DNA of 32,000 nt, taken from assembly GCA_030680295.1 (NCBI GenBank), contig JAUXVU010000018.1:677547-709546 (forward strand). The letters run 5' to 3'. Shown here piece after piece: positions 1 through 8,895 of the stretch (position 1 is the stretch's first letter; the number at the start of each line of letters is the position of its first letter). This DNA is from Moraxellaceae bacterium (lineage in GTDB: Bacteria > Pseudomonadota > Gammaproteobacteria > Pseudomonadales > Moraxellaceae). The notes beneath the pieces are model-generated. The model was not told the DNA's origin. It did no database searches and saw only the letters and a list, made by a program, of their open reading frames with translations. Both the position numbers and the translations under genes were made by a program.

Positions 1-294
1 TGCACTGTCACCATCTGCCATTCACGCACCCAAAACCTGCCCGACTTTATTAAACAAGCCGACATCGTTGTTGGCGCCGTGGGCCGTCCAGAATTTATTA
101 AAGCGGATTGGGTTAAAGACGGTGCCGTGGTGGTTGATGCCGGCTACCACCCCGGCGGTGTCGGTGATATCGAGCTGAAACCGCTGGCGAGCCGCGTGTC
201 AGCATGGACACCCGTACCCGGTGGCGTAGGCCCCATGACCATCGCCACCCTGATGGCGCAGACCGTAGCTGCGGCTGAAGCTCAACTCATCTGA
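1..294 (+). CDS. folD: Methylenetetrahydrofolate dehydrogenase/cyclohydrolase FolD, C-terminal fragment (5' end outside window)
   Basis: Frame 1 is open from nt 1. Translation ...[44 protein letters not shown]...[16 protein letters not shown] has the FolD C-terminal signature [10 protein letters not shown]. Stop at 292-294. Confidence 0.9.
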   Translation, partial: CTVTICHSRTQNLPDFIKQADIVVGAVGRPEFIKADWVKDGAVVVDAGYHPGGVGDIELKPLASRVSAWTPVPGGVGPMTIATLMAQTVAAAEAQLI

Positions 295-318
295 TGGGGT
301 GCAGCGACGAACGCCTGA

Positions 319-427
319 GGCTGGGTGGGTGGGCTGGTGGTAAAACCGTCGGTCGCCATGGATGGCGACCGCGAGCCTACAAGGATGTATTCACGGCGAG
401 TTTTACCACCAGCCCACCCACCCAGCC
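319..427. repeat. 109-bp palindromic element: perfect 28-bp inverted repeat arms around a 53-nt centre that holds a second hairpin
   Basis: Left arm ggctgggtgggtgggctggtggtaaaac (319-346) is the exact reverse complement of right arm gttttaccaccagcccacccacccagcc (400-427). Inner hairpin ggtcgcc-atggat-ggcgacc lies at 351-370. The element sits between the convergent stops of folD (294) and cysS (439), with no flanking T-tract. Confidence 0.85.
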
Positions 428-438
428 CGAAACTGTTG

Positions 439-1839
439 TCAGTCAGCTTTACGCCAACGAATCCCTTCTCGAGAGAACTCTACAGCAACACCCATCTCTG
501 AAAGCTTAGCCCGCAGCTCATCCGAACGCTGATAATCCTTAGCCGCCCTAGCCTGCGTAATGTCAGCGACAATCGCTTCAACCTGCACAACAAAGTCCGC
601 ATCACCCGCACCGGCCTGACGGAAGCTATTGGCATCATGCTGCAGCAACCCTAACAACCCGCCCAAACGCTTCAGCAAATTCGCGTATTGATGAGCACCT
701 TTAGAATCACCGGCTTTGTCACAACGGTTCGCTTCACGCACCAGCTCATACAACACCGCCAACGCTTCCGGCGTGTTGAAGTCATCATTCATGGCAGCGG
801 CAAAACGAGTCTCGTAACTCGCGGCATCAGCTGGTTCACCATCAGCAGCATTTACCAAGGCGCCCAGCGTGGCATAAAAGCGTTCTAGGGCCTGACGTGA
901 TTGGTCCAGCGCCGCATCGGAATAATTCAGCGGGCTACGGTAATGACTGGCGGCAATAAAGAAACGCAGCACTTCCGGATGGTAGGTTTTTAATACTTCG
1001 CGAATAGTGAAGAAGTTATTTAAAGACTTCGACATCTTTTCTTCATTCACCTGCACAAAACCCACGTGCATCCAGGTGTTTACATAGGTTTCACCAGTGG
1101 CCGCTTCGCTTTGAGCAATCTCGTTTTCATGATGCGGAAACTGCAAGTCGCCACCACCACCATGAATGTCAAAACCATTGCCCAAACAGCAGGTCGACAT
1201 GGCCGAGCACTCAATATGCCATCCGGGACGACCTGCACCCCAAGGTGACTTCCAAAATGGCTCGCCTAGCTTGGCGCTTTTCCACAACACAAAGTCCATG
1301 GGGTCGGACTTGAGTTCGTCCACTTCCACCCGAGCACCGGCCTGCATGTCTTCTAAATTACGGTTCGACAAGCGGCCATAACGTGGAAAGCTGGACACAT
1401 CAAAATACACATCACCATTTTTGGCGGGATAGGCATGGCCTTTATCCACCAAGGTGTTGACCATATTCACAATGTCATCCACATGGTCGGTGGCTTTTGG
1501 TTCCAGGTCTGGCGACATCACGCCAAGCGCAGCGGCGTCTTCATTCATGGCCGCGATATAACGCTCAGTTAAGGCATTAATCGGCTCATTATTTTCATTG
1601 GCACGACGAATAATTTTGTCGTCGATGTCGGTGATGTTGCGCACGTACTTCACGTCATAACCGATATGGCGCAACCAACGCACGATGACGTCAAACGACA
1701 CCATGACGCGGGCGTGGCCAATGTGGCAGTAGTCATAAACCGTCATGCCACACACATACAAACCGACTTTGCCTGCCACACGCGGCACAAACACCGATTT
1801 CGCACGGGTCTCCGAGTTATAAACGACTAACTCGCTCAT
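439..1839 (-). CDS. cysS: Cysteinyl-tRNA synthetase
   Basis: Class I aaRS motifs HIGH (CHIGHARV) and KMSKS are present, and the length and sequence are CysS-like throughout. Start placed at MSELVVYNS (ATG 1839-1837), where ATGA overlaps the glnS stop. The track ORF extends 8 codons further upstream. Confidence 0.95.
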   Translation of the reverse strand: MSELVVYNSETRAKSVFVPRVAGKVGLYVCGMTVYDYCHIGHARVMVSFDVIVRWLRHIGYDVKYVRNITDIDDKIIRRANENNEPINALTERYIAAMNEDAAALGVMSPDLEPKATDHVDDIVNMVNTLVDKGHAYPAKNGDVYFDVSSFPRYGRLSNRNLEDMQAGARVEVDELKSDPMDFVLWKSAKLGEPFWKSPWGAGRPGWHIECSAMSTCCLGNGFDIHGGGGDLQFPHHENEIAQSEAATGETYVNTWMHVGFVQVNEEKMSKSLNNFFTIREVLKTYHPEVLRFFIAASHYRSPLNYSDAALDQSRQALERFYATLGALVNAADGEPADAASYETRFAAAMNDDFNTPEALAVLYELVREANRCDKAGDSKGAHQYANLLKRLGGLLGLLQHDANSFRQAGAGDADFVVQVEAIVADITQARAAKDYQRSDELRAKLSEMGVAVEFSREGIRWRKAD

Positions 1840-3491
1840 GCCCCGGCTCCTGATTTTGCCCACGAGTCACGTAAGGTCACCGTGCGGTTAAACACTAACT
1901 GACCAAGTTTGCTGTCGATGGGGTCGGCAAAGAAATAACCTTCACGTTCGAACTGATAACGGCCGCTCGCAGTGGCCAGTGATGGCTCAACACGGGCGTC
2001 CTTAATCACGGTCAGTGACTCGGGATTAATAAAGGTAGTGAAGTCGGCGTCATTACGGTCTGGCGCAGCATCATTAAACAAACGGTCGTACAGACGAATT
2101 TCGGCTGGCAGTGAGTGGCTGGCAGATACCCAATGCACCACCCCTTTCACTTTACGGCCTTCCGGATTAACCCCTAAGGTGGCCAAATCCACATGGCAAT
2201 GCAGCTCGACCACTTCACCGTCGGCATTTTTAATAACGTCGTCACAACGAATGACGTAGGCATTACGCAGGCGCACTTCACCACCGGGAATCAAGCGCTT
2301 AAAGCCCTTCGGTGGCACTTCTTCAAAGTCACTGCGATCAATATAGATTTCACGGGTAAACGGCAGTTCACGTTGGCCCATATCAACATTGGGGTGAGCC
2401 GCCGCCACTAGGCGTTCGTCATGACCTTCGGCGATGTTGGTCAACACCACTTTTAACGGACGCAGCACGGCCATGGCACGCGGTGCGGTGTGTTCTAAGT
2501 GTTCGCGAATACAGAATTCCAGCAGCGACATGTCAACAATGCCTTCGGCTTTAGAAATGCCAATGCGATCGCAGAAATCACGAATGGATTCTGGTGTGTA
2601 ACCACGACGGCGCAGACCGGCAATGGTCGGCATGCGCGGGTCATCCCAACCACTGACCAAACCTTGATCCACTAACGCTTTTAACTTGCGTTTGCTGGTG
2701 ACGGTGTAGTTTAAGTTCAGGCGTGAAAACTCGATTTGCTGCGGATGCGGCAAGCTTGGCAAGTTATCCAATAGCCAGTCATACAGTGGGCGATGCGCTT
2801 CAAATTCCAGCGTACACAGCGAATGGGTAATGCCTTCGAGTGCGTCGGAAATGGGGTGTGTGTAGTCATACATGGGGTAAATGCACCAGGTATCACCAGT
2901 TTGGTGATGTGATACATGACGCACACGATACAAAATGGGGTCGCGCAGGTTGATGTTGCCGGAAGCCATATCAATTTTGGCACGCAGCACATGTTCGCCA
3001 TCGGCAAACTCACCGGCCCGCATGCGTTTGAACAAGTCCAGATTTTCTTCTACCGAACGATGACGAAACGGCGAATCGATGCCTGCTTGCGTCAGCGAGC
3101 CACGATTGGCACGAATGTCATCGGATGACTGTGAGTCAACATAGGCTTTGCCGGCTTGAATTAGCTCAACAGCAAAGTCATGCAGCTGCTCAAAGTAGCT
3201 GGAGGCATAACGAATATCGCCCTGCCATTGAAAACCTAACCAGTTCACATCACGGGTAATGGCGTCGATGTATTCCTGCGATTCTTTTTCCGGATTGGTG
3301 TCGTCAAAACGCAAATTACACAGGCCGTCGGCCTCTTGCGCTACGCCAAAATTTAGGCAAATGGATTTGGCATGGCCAATGTGCAAATAACCATTTGGCT
3401 CTGGCGGGAAACGGGTGACCAGCTGGCTGCATTTGCCGCTGTCTAAATCGGCCACTACACGGGTACGAATAAAGTCTTTAGGTTCGATCAT
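1836..3491 (-). CDS. glnS: Glutaminyl-tRNA synthetase
   Basis: [43 protein letters not shown] matches the GlnS N-terminus, including HIGH. Start placed at MIEPKDFIR (3491) by alignment to enterobacterial GlnS. The track ORF starts 12 codons upstream (3527). Confidence 0.95.
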   Translation of the reverse strand: MIEPKDFIRTRVVADLDSGKCSQLVTRFPPEPNGYLHIGHAKSICLNFGVAQEADGLCNLRFDDTNPEKESQEYIDAITRDVNWLGFQWQGDIRYASSYFEQLHDFAVELIQAGKAYVDSQSSDDIRANRGSLTQAGIDSPFRHRSVEENLDLFKRMRAGEFADGEHVLRAKIDMASGNINLRDPILYRVRHVSHHQTGDTWCIYPMYDYTHPISDALEGITHSLCTLEFEAHRPLYDWLLDNLPSLPHPQQIEFSRLNLNYTVTSKRKLKALVDQGLVSGWDDPRMPTIAGLRRRGYTPESIRDFCDRIGISKAEGIVDMSLLEFCIREHLEHTAPRAMAVLRPLKVVLTNIAEGHDERLVAAAHPNVDMGQRELPFTREIYIDRSDFEEVPPKGFKRLIPGGEVRLRNAYVIRCDDVIKNADGEVVELHCHVDLATLGVNPEGRKVKGVVHWVSASHSLPAEIRLYDRLFNDAAPDRNDADFTTFINPESLTVIKDARVEPSLATASGRYQFEREGYFFADPIDSKLGQLVFNRTVTLRDSWAKSGAGA

Positions 3492-3632
3492 AGTCAGTTC
3501 GATTTGCGCAGGATTGAGGCATGACAAGGGACGAATCGCGCCCTATCATGTGCAAGGTTAAAAACGAGCAGTGTACCTTGCCCATCAGGACAGGCTCAAC
3601 CGCAAGACAACGACAAATATAGGAAGACACGC

Positions 3633-4133
3633 ATGAAAGTTGCTCTGAACACCAATCAAGGCCGTATCGAAATCGAATTAAACGCAGAAAAAGCGCCAAA
3701 GAGCGTGGCTAACTTTGTCGACTACGTTCGCAGCGGTCATTACGACGGCACGATTTTCCATCGCGTGATTGATGGCTTCATGATTCAAGGCGGTGGTTTT
3801 GATATCGAAATGAATCAAAAATCCGTTAAAGCGCCAATTCAAAACGAAGCAGACAACGGCTTGAAAAACGAGATTGGCACCATTGCCATGGCACGTACTA
3901 ACGACCCACATTCTGCTACTGCGCAGTTCTTCATTAACATTAGCAACAACGCGTTTTTGAACCACAGCGCCAAAACACCACAAGGCTGGGGTTATGCCGT
4001 GTTCGGTAAAGTCACTGCCGGTGATGACGTCATTGCCGCTATCAAAGCCGTGCCAACTGGCAGCCGCGGTTTTCACCAAGACGTACCGCGCACCAATATT
4101 GTGATTGAAAGCGCCGAAGTGATTTCGGAGTAA
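3633..4133 (+). CDS. ppiB: Peptidyl-prolyl cis-trans isomerase B (cytoplasmic cyclophilin)
   Basis: 166 aa. [15 protein letters not shown] and SATAQFFIN are cyclophilin signatures. AGGAAG RBS upstream. Adjacent to cysS and lpxH as in enterobacteria. Confidence 0.92.
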   Translation: MKVALNTNQGRIEIELNAEKAPKSVANFVDYVRSGHYDGTIFHRVIDGFMIQGGGFDIEMNQKSVKAPIQNEADNGLKNEIGTIAMARTNDPHSATAQFFINISNNAFLNHSAKTPQGWGYAVFGKVTAGDDVIAAIKAVPTGSRGFHQDVPRTNIVIESAEVISE

Positions 4134-4138
4134 GACGC

Positions 4139-4873
4139 TTGAGCACCACGCTGCTGTTATCGGACGTCCATTTAAGTCCAGACCTGCCCCGCTGCACTGC
4201 CGGCTTGTTGTCGCTGCTGCAAACTTTGCCTGAAAACTGTCAGGCCGTTTATGTGCTGGGCGATTTATTCGAAGTTTGGATTGGTGACGACCAGCAATCG
4301 GACTATTTAGATAGTTTGTATGCCGCCTTTCAGGCAGTGACGCAGCGTGGTGTGAGTTTGGCATTTTGCCATGGCAACCGCGACTTTTTACTGGGTCAAG
4401 ATTTTGCCAAACGTTGTGGCGGTCGTTTAATGGCCGAACAAGAGTTGGTAAATTTGCATGGCCACGCCGTGTTGTTGATGCACGGTGATCAGTTATGCAC
4501 ACAAGACGCGCCGTTTATGGCGTTTCGCGAGCAGTCACGGAGTGCCGCCTGGCAAAATGGCATGTTGTCGCAGCCGCTGGAACAACGGCAGATGATTGCC
4601 AATATGTGGCGTATGCAAAGCAAACAAGCCAATAGCAACAAGCCAGAAAACATTATGGATGTGACCCCGGACGAGGTGGTACGTGTGCTGCAAGAAGCCG
4701 ACTGCAACACCCTGCTGCATGGCCACACCCATCGCCCCGGACGTTACCCGGTGGCACTTAATGGCTCATCTGGCGAGCGCATTGTCTTGGGTGACTGGCG
4801 TGAAGACGAAGGTATTGCGGTCATTGCTTGGGCTGATGCCGATGGCATTCGCCTGCAGGACTACTCTTTTTAA
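4139..4873 (+). CDS. lpxH: UDP-2,3-diacylglucosamine pyrophosphatase LpxH
   Basis: Calcineurin-like metallophosphoesterase motifs LSDVHL, GDLFEVWIGDD, HGNRDFL and HGHTHRP. TTG start 8 nt after a GGAG. Conserved ppiB-lpxH order. Confidence 0.9.
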   Translation: MSTTLLLSDVHLSPDLPRCTAGLLSLLQTLPENCQAVYVLGDLFEVWIGDDQQSDYLDSLYAAFQAVTQRGVSLAFCHGNRDFLLGQDFAKRCGGRLMAEQELVNLHGHAVLLMHGDQLCTQDAPFMAFREQSRSAAWQNGMLSQPLEQRQMIANMWRMQSKQANSNKPENIMDVTPDEVVRVLQEADCNTLLHGHTHRPGRYPVALNGSSGERIVLGDWREDEGIAVIAWADADGIRLQDYSF

Positions 4874-4897
4874 GAGCCGCTTTTTAAAAGCCGCGTT

Positions 4898-5743
4898 TTA
4901 GCGCTTTCTATACACCGACAACACAAACGAGGCCTTGGTGTTCAGTGCAGTTTGCTGAGCTAAGGCTTCTCGTTTGGCGGGTTGTGCTTTCCAAGCATAC
5001 GGTGTCATGTCCATCAGCTGTATTAACGCCGTTGAATCCAGTGTTAAATCCTGACTAATACGTTGCTGCTGCACTAACTCAAATTGCTCATCCAGCGTTT
5101 GCAGTTTGGCCATGGGCTCATGGGCTTTGACTTCGCCAAACAACGCTTCGCGAAACGACCACAAATGATCTTCAGCCGGAATGGCCAAAACCAAGTGACC
5201 ATTCGACGCCAACACGCGGTTAATTTCATCCATGGGGATGGGGCTAAACAGGCTGCTAACCAAGTTCACACTGGCATCTTCCAGTGGCAAGGCAATAGCA
5301 CTGCCCACTAACCACACCACGTTTTTAATGCTGGATGCCGCCGTGAACACCGCCGGCTTGGCAATATCAATGCCAGCCACTGAAGCACAAATGGGCGACA
5401 ACACTTGCGTGTAATAACCCTCACCACAACCAATATCCAAAGCCCGCAGCGGCTTTAAAGCGGCCACAGCTTCAGCAAAGGCATCACGCAGCACCTGATA
5501 GTGGCCAGCCGACAAAAACGCACGTCGTGCAGCCACACTCAAGGCGGTGTCGCCCGGGGTTAGGCTCTTTTTTTGCTGCACTAATAACAGGTTTAAATAC
5601 CCTTGGCGGGCCACATCAAAACTATGATTATTGCTGCATGCCCACACCCGATTACGCCAAAACGGCAGCTCGGTGCTATCTTCTTGTGCACTTAAGGGCT
5701 CAGAACATACCGGGCAACGCAGCACATCCAACAAATGCGTCAT
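4898..5743 (-). CDS. rlmA: 23S rRNA (guanine745-N1)-methyltransferase RlmA
   Basis: N-terminal Zn-ribbon CPVC...C..NH followed by FDVARQGYLNLL and RRAFLSAGHYQ, then a SAM-MTase motif LDIGCGEGYY. ATGA overlap with the miaE stop. Confidence 0.8.
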   Translation of the reverse strand: MTHLLDVLRCPVCSEPLSAQEDSTELPFWRNRVWACSNNHSFDVARQGYLNLLLVQQKKSLTPGDTALSVAARRAFLSAGHYQVLRDAFAEAVAALKPLRALDIGCGEGYYTQVLSPICASVAGIDIAKPAVFTAASSIKNVVWLVGSAIALPLEDASVNLVSSLFSPIPMDEINRVLASNGHLVLAIPAEDHLWSFREALFGEVKAHEPMAKLQTLDEQFELVQQQRISQDLTLDSTALIQLMDMTPYAWKAQPAKREALAQQTALNTKASFVLSVYRKR

Positions 5744-6378
5744 AACGCCACCGCTACGGCTTGTCGCGGCGGGCCGCTGTGAAAACGCAGCTCGTCATCT
5801 GGCGACAAAATCAGTTCACGTTCTTGTTCACGGAAAAAGGCAATTCGTGCGTCGATGTTTTCACCCGCATACAAACGTGCCAGCTCTAAATACATTTCAA
5901 AATGGCGGGATTCCGAACGCAGCAGGTATTCGTAATAGCGCTTTAACTCGTCGTCTAAAAACGGCGCTATGGCGGCAAATCGTTCGCAGGAACGCGCCTC
6001 CACAAAAGCACCAATAATCATCAAATCGACTAAATGGCCGGGTTCACTGGTGCGCACATGCTGGCGCATGCCTTGGGCATAACGCGAAGCAGTGACTGCC
6101 TCCCACGTAATGCCTCGACGCGTTAATAGTTCGCGTACCTGTTCATAATGCAGCAACTCTTCACGCGCCAACTGTGCCAAATACACTTGCAGCTCGTCAT
6201 GAAAACCATAACGAAACAGCATATTCATCGCTGTGCCCGCGGCTTTTTTCTCGCAATTGGCATGGTCACGCAGTAATAGCGGAATATCTTTTAAGGCCTC
6301 ATCTATCCACGCTTTCGGCGTGGCACAGGGCAAAAAGTCATGAACAGCTTGCAGGTCTTGCATCATTTCAAACGTCAT
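5740..6378 (-). CDS. miaE: tRNA-(ms2io6A37)-hydroxylase MiaE (non-heme diiron)
   Basis: 212 aa. LPCATPKAWIDEAL...LLRDHANCEKKAAGTAMNMLFRY and ...EELLHYEQV... are typical MiaE ferritin-like diiron motifs. Confidence 0.8.
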   Translation of the reverse strand: MTFEMMQDLQAVHDFLPCATPKAWIDEALKDIPLLLRDHANCEKKAAGTAMNMLFRYGFHDELQVYLAQLAREELLHYEQVRELLTRRGITWEAVTASRYAQGMRQHVRTSEPGHLVDLMIIGAFVEARSCERFAAIAPFLDDELKRYYEYLLRSESRHFEMYLELARLYAGENIDARIAFFREQERELILSPDDELRFHSGPPRQAVAVAL

Positions 6379-6471
6379 ATAGCCGATAAATCAGACCGAA
6401 TTGTACCGCATGACTTGGTCATACAGAGGTCATCGACTATCCTTCCGCGCAGATAAAGATAAGAGTTGAAC

Positions 6472-7371
6472 ATGGATAATCAGAAACTAAACGCTAAAGA
6501 CAAGTTATCACTTGGCCTGCTTCGATTTTTTAGCCGCTGGTCTTTGCCCGCCCTGCAACGTTTTGCCGGATTTTTAGGCGCCCTTATTGCTCGCTTTAAA
6601 AATGGTAGCCAATACCAAACCGTGATGAAAAACCTGACGCTGTGTTTTCCTGAACAGACCGATCAATGGCGTCATGAAAAAACCCAAGCAACCTTGGTGG
6701 CCACCGCTAAAACTGCCTTTGAATTTGCCAAAACCTGGGGCATGCCCACCGACTACAGCGTTGGCATGATTCGCCAAGTGCATGGTGAAGACATTTTTCA
6801 TGCTGCCTTGGCCGAAGGCAAAGGCGTGATTGGCATTGTGCCGCATTGGGGCACATGGGAATTCATGAACGCATGGGTTAACCAGTTCACCGCCCCTATC
6901 ATCATGTACAAGCCGGGCAAACAGCCGGGCGTGGACATGTTTGTAGCGGAAGCACGTGGCCGCTTAAATGCCAGTGTTGTCCCTACCGATGACGGTGGTG
7001 TGCGCACACTGTTTAAAGGACTGCGCAAGGGTGCTTTCACCGCCATCCTGCCCGACCATATTCCGAATGAACAAGGCGGTATTTTTGCGCCGTTTTTTGG
7101 CATTAATACCTGGACTGGTGTGATGGTGCCTAAGCTGGTGCATCGCACAGGCTGTCGTGTGATTGTGATGGGTTGTTTGCGACGCGAAGATGGTGACGGT
7201 TTTGATATTTACTTCTTACCGGGTGACCCAGACATCGGCCATGAAGACCTGTTAACCGCCACCACAGCGATGAATCGTTCCATGGAAATGCTCATTCGCA
7301 TGGCGCCTGAGCACTACCAGTGGAACTACAAACGCTTTAAGAAAAATGCAGAGCTGGCAAATCCGTATTAA
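6472..7371 (+). CDS. Lipid A biosynthesis (Kdo)2-lipid IVA acyltransferase, LpxL/HtrB family
   Basis: About 300 aa with an N-terminal hydrophobic anchor, the catalytic HX4E-type motif PHWGTWEF, and a C-terminal PEHYQWNYKRFK typical of HtrB/MsbB-family late acyltransferases. ATG 6472 follows an AAGAG RBS; the track uses TTG 6466. Confidence 0.75.
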   Translation: MDNQKLNAKDKLSLGLLRFFSRWSLPALQRFAGFLGALIARFKNGSQYQTVMKNLTLCFPEQTDQWRHEKTQATLVATAKTAFEFAKTWGMPTDYSVGMIRQVHGEDIFHAALAEGKGVIGIVPHWGTWEFMNAWVNQFTAPIIMYKPGKQPGVDMFVAEARGRLNASVVPTDDGGVRTLFKGLRKGAFTAILPDHIPNEQGGIFAPFFGINTWTGVMVPKLVHRTGCRVIVMGCLRREDGDGFDIYFLPGDPDIGHEDLLTATTAMNRSMEMLIRMAPEHYQWNYKRFKKNAELANPY

Positions 7372-7564
7372 ATGATAGGCCTTGCTCTACCGAGCGAGGC
7401 TTAATGTAGTGCAGCGTGGTGACCAGAAGAAACACTAGCAACATAGAAAAGCCGAGCTGAAATAATCGCTTAGCACGCACTTTGTCAAAGAAGAAAGTCA
7501 CTGCAGCAAGCACAAAAAACAACACACAGGCCACCGCGGCAAACACCACTAACATCATCAACAT
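7337..7564 (-). CDS. Hypothetical small two-TM membrane protein (75 aa)
   Basis: Two hydrophobic segments (LMMLVVFAAVACVLFFVLAAVTFFF and LGFSMLLVFLLVTTL). AAGGA lies 9 nt upstream of the ATG, and the ORF is downstream of tesA on the same strand. Against it: its 3' end overlaps the lpxL-family 3' end by 35 nt and reads through the 7379-7400 hairpin. Confidence 0.3.
   Translation of the reverse strand: MLMMLVVFAAVACVLFFVLAAVTFFFDKVRAKRLFQLGFSMLLVFLLVTTLHYIKPRSVEQGLSFNTDLPALHFS
7379..7400. terminator. Stem-loop directly after the lpxL-family stop (possible weak terminator)
   Basis: gccttgctc-tacc-gagcgaggc forms a 9-bp stem (one G-U pair) starting 8 nt after TAA 7369-7371. Only a short T run (tt) follows. 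Confidence 0.35.
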
Positions 7565-7610
7565 ACGCGCAAATCCTTTTTTCTTAGTTTATTTTGCTCG
7601 CTATCTTAAA

Positions 7611-8225
7611 CTACTTTTTCAACTTTGCTTCAACCGATGGCCACACCGCTTTTAATAATAAAGGCTGTGCTTGAGCCGACGGGTGAATGCCGTCTGCTAA
7701 GAAAAACTTGGGGTTGGTGGCAATGTCGTTTAAGAAAAACGGCACCAAAGTGACTGACTTGGCCTTGGCGACTTCAGTAAAAGTGCGCTGAAAACTGTCT
7801 GCATATCGTGCGCCGTAATTGAGTGGAATACGCATTTCTAACAACAACACTTGAGCGCCAGAGGCCTTGGACTGGTCAATCATGGCGTTTAAGTTGTCGC
7901 GCATACTATTTATTGGCAAAGCACGCAGGCCATCATTGCCACCTAACTCAATTACCACTAACGCTGGCTTATGCTCAGCTAGTAATTTGCCTAAGCGCGA
8001 ACGTCCACCCGCTGTCGTCTCGCCAGAAACGCTTCCATTGATTACCGTGTGCTTATACCCTCGGCGTAGCAATTGATCTTGCAGCAGCGCAACCCATCCC
8101 TGCTGAATGGGCATGCCGTAGGCGGCGGATAATGAATCGCCCATGACCAAAATACGTGGGGTTGTAGCCCATGCGGGGCTGCTCCAACTCACCACCAGTA
8201 ATAACAGGATAGACAAAAATCTCAT
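7611..8225 (-). CDS. tesA: SGNH/GDSL hydrolase TesA (acyl-CoA thioesterase I / lysophospholipase L1), secreted
   Basis: Signal peptide MRFLSILLLLVVSWSSPAWA is followed by SGNH blocks GDSLS, GGND and DGIHP. Start placed at the signal-peptide Met (8225), not the track start 8399. Divergent from ybbA as in E. coli. Confidence 0.85.
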   Translation of the reverse strand: MRFLSILLLLVVSWSSPAWATTPRILVMGDSLSAAYGMPIQQGWVALLQDQLLRRGYKHTVINGSVSGETTAGGRSRLGKLLAEHKPALVVIELGGNDGLRALPINSMRDNLNAMIDQSKASGAQVLLLEMRIPLNYGARYADSFQRTFTEVAKAKSVTLVPFFLNDIATNPKFFLADGIHPSAQAQPLLLKAVWPSVEAKLKK

Positions 8226-8895
8226 GACGTATGCGGTCCAAGCCAACAATGTGAGCAAGTACATTAACAGCGGCGAGCAGTCTTTGCCCATATTGCAAAA
8301 CATCAACTTACAGATATCGCAAGGCGCCACCGCTGCCATTGTCGGGCCATCGGGTGTGGGCAAAACCACCCTGCTGTCGTTATTAGCAGGCCTAGACACC
8401 GCCAGTGAAGGTCAAATCATGCTCGCTGGTACCGACATTAGCGCCTGTGATGAAGAAACCCGCACCACACTTCGCGCCGGCCGCATTGGTTTTGTTTTTC
8501 AGTCATTTCAGTTATTGCCCAGCTACAGCGCATTAGAAAATGTGGTGTTAGCCGCCGAACTAGCCAATATCCCCTCGCCCCGTGACGCCGCTATTCGTGC
8601 CTTGGAAAGTGTAGGTCTTGGTCATCGCCTAAAACATGTGCCCAGTCGCCTGTCGGGTGGGGAACAACAGCGTGTGGCATTGGCACGCGCATTTGTGGGC
8701 AAGCCCGAAATATTGTTTGCTGATGAACCCACCGGCAACTTAGACGCCAAAACCGGCGCCGGCATTATTGAGCAGTTGTTTGCCTTAAATGCCGACGCTG
8801 GCACCACATTGATTTTGGTCACCCACGACCCGGCCTTAGCCAGTCAATGCCAGCAAGTGTGGCAACTGAGTGATCAGGGGCTGACACTGTCATGA
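8224..8895 (+). CDS. ybbA: ABC transporter ATP-binding protein YbbA
   Basis: Walker A GPSGVGKTT, signature LSGGEQQR, Walker B ILFADEPT. Start placed at MTYAVQANNVSKY (8224). Conserved tesA / ybbA-ybbP arrangement. Confidence 0.85.
   Translation: MTYAVQANNVSKYINSGEQSLPILQNINLQISQGATAAIVGPSGVGKTTLLSLLAGLDTASEGQIMLAGTDISACDEETRTTLRAGRIGFVFQSFQLLPSYSALENVVLAAELANIPSPRDAAIRALESVGLGHRLKHVPSRLSGGEQQRVALARAFVGKPEILFADEPTGNLDAKTGAGIIEQLFALNADAGTTLILVTHDPALASQCQQVWQLSDQGLTLS

Noticed and set aside
319-346. G-quadruplex potential of the arm GGCTGGGTGGGTGGGCTGGTGG
   Set aside because: It has only three GGG runs plus GG runs, and the perfect complementary arm 53 nt away would favour duplex hairpin formation.
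294-509. 71-aa ORF spanning the folD-cysS spacer
   Set aside because: It is built from the G-rich/C-rich palindrome arms and overlaps the 3' end of cysS. It has no RBS and no recognisable fold.
3678-4502. 274-aa minus-strand ORF
   Set aside because: It is fully antisense to the well-supported ppiB and lpxH genes, and its composition is Arg/Ser/His-rich, typical of antisense frames.
5631-6017. 128-aa plus-strand ORF
   Set aside because: It is antisense to miaE and the rlmA start and has no supporting features.
7611-8399. Long N-terminal extensions of the tesA ORF (to 8399) and the ybbA ORF (from 8143)
   Set aside because: The extensions run antisense through each other's coding regions. The tesA signal peptide and the ybbA N-terminal length both support the internal starts at 8225 and 8224.
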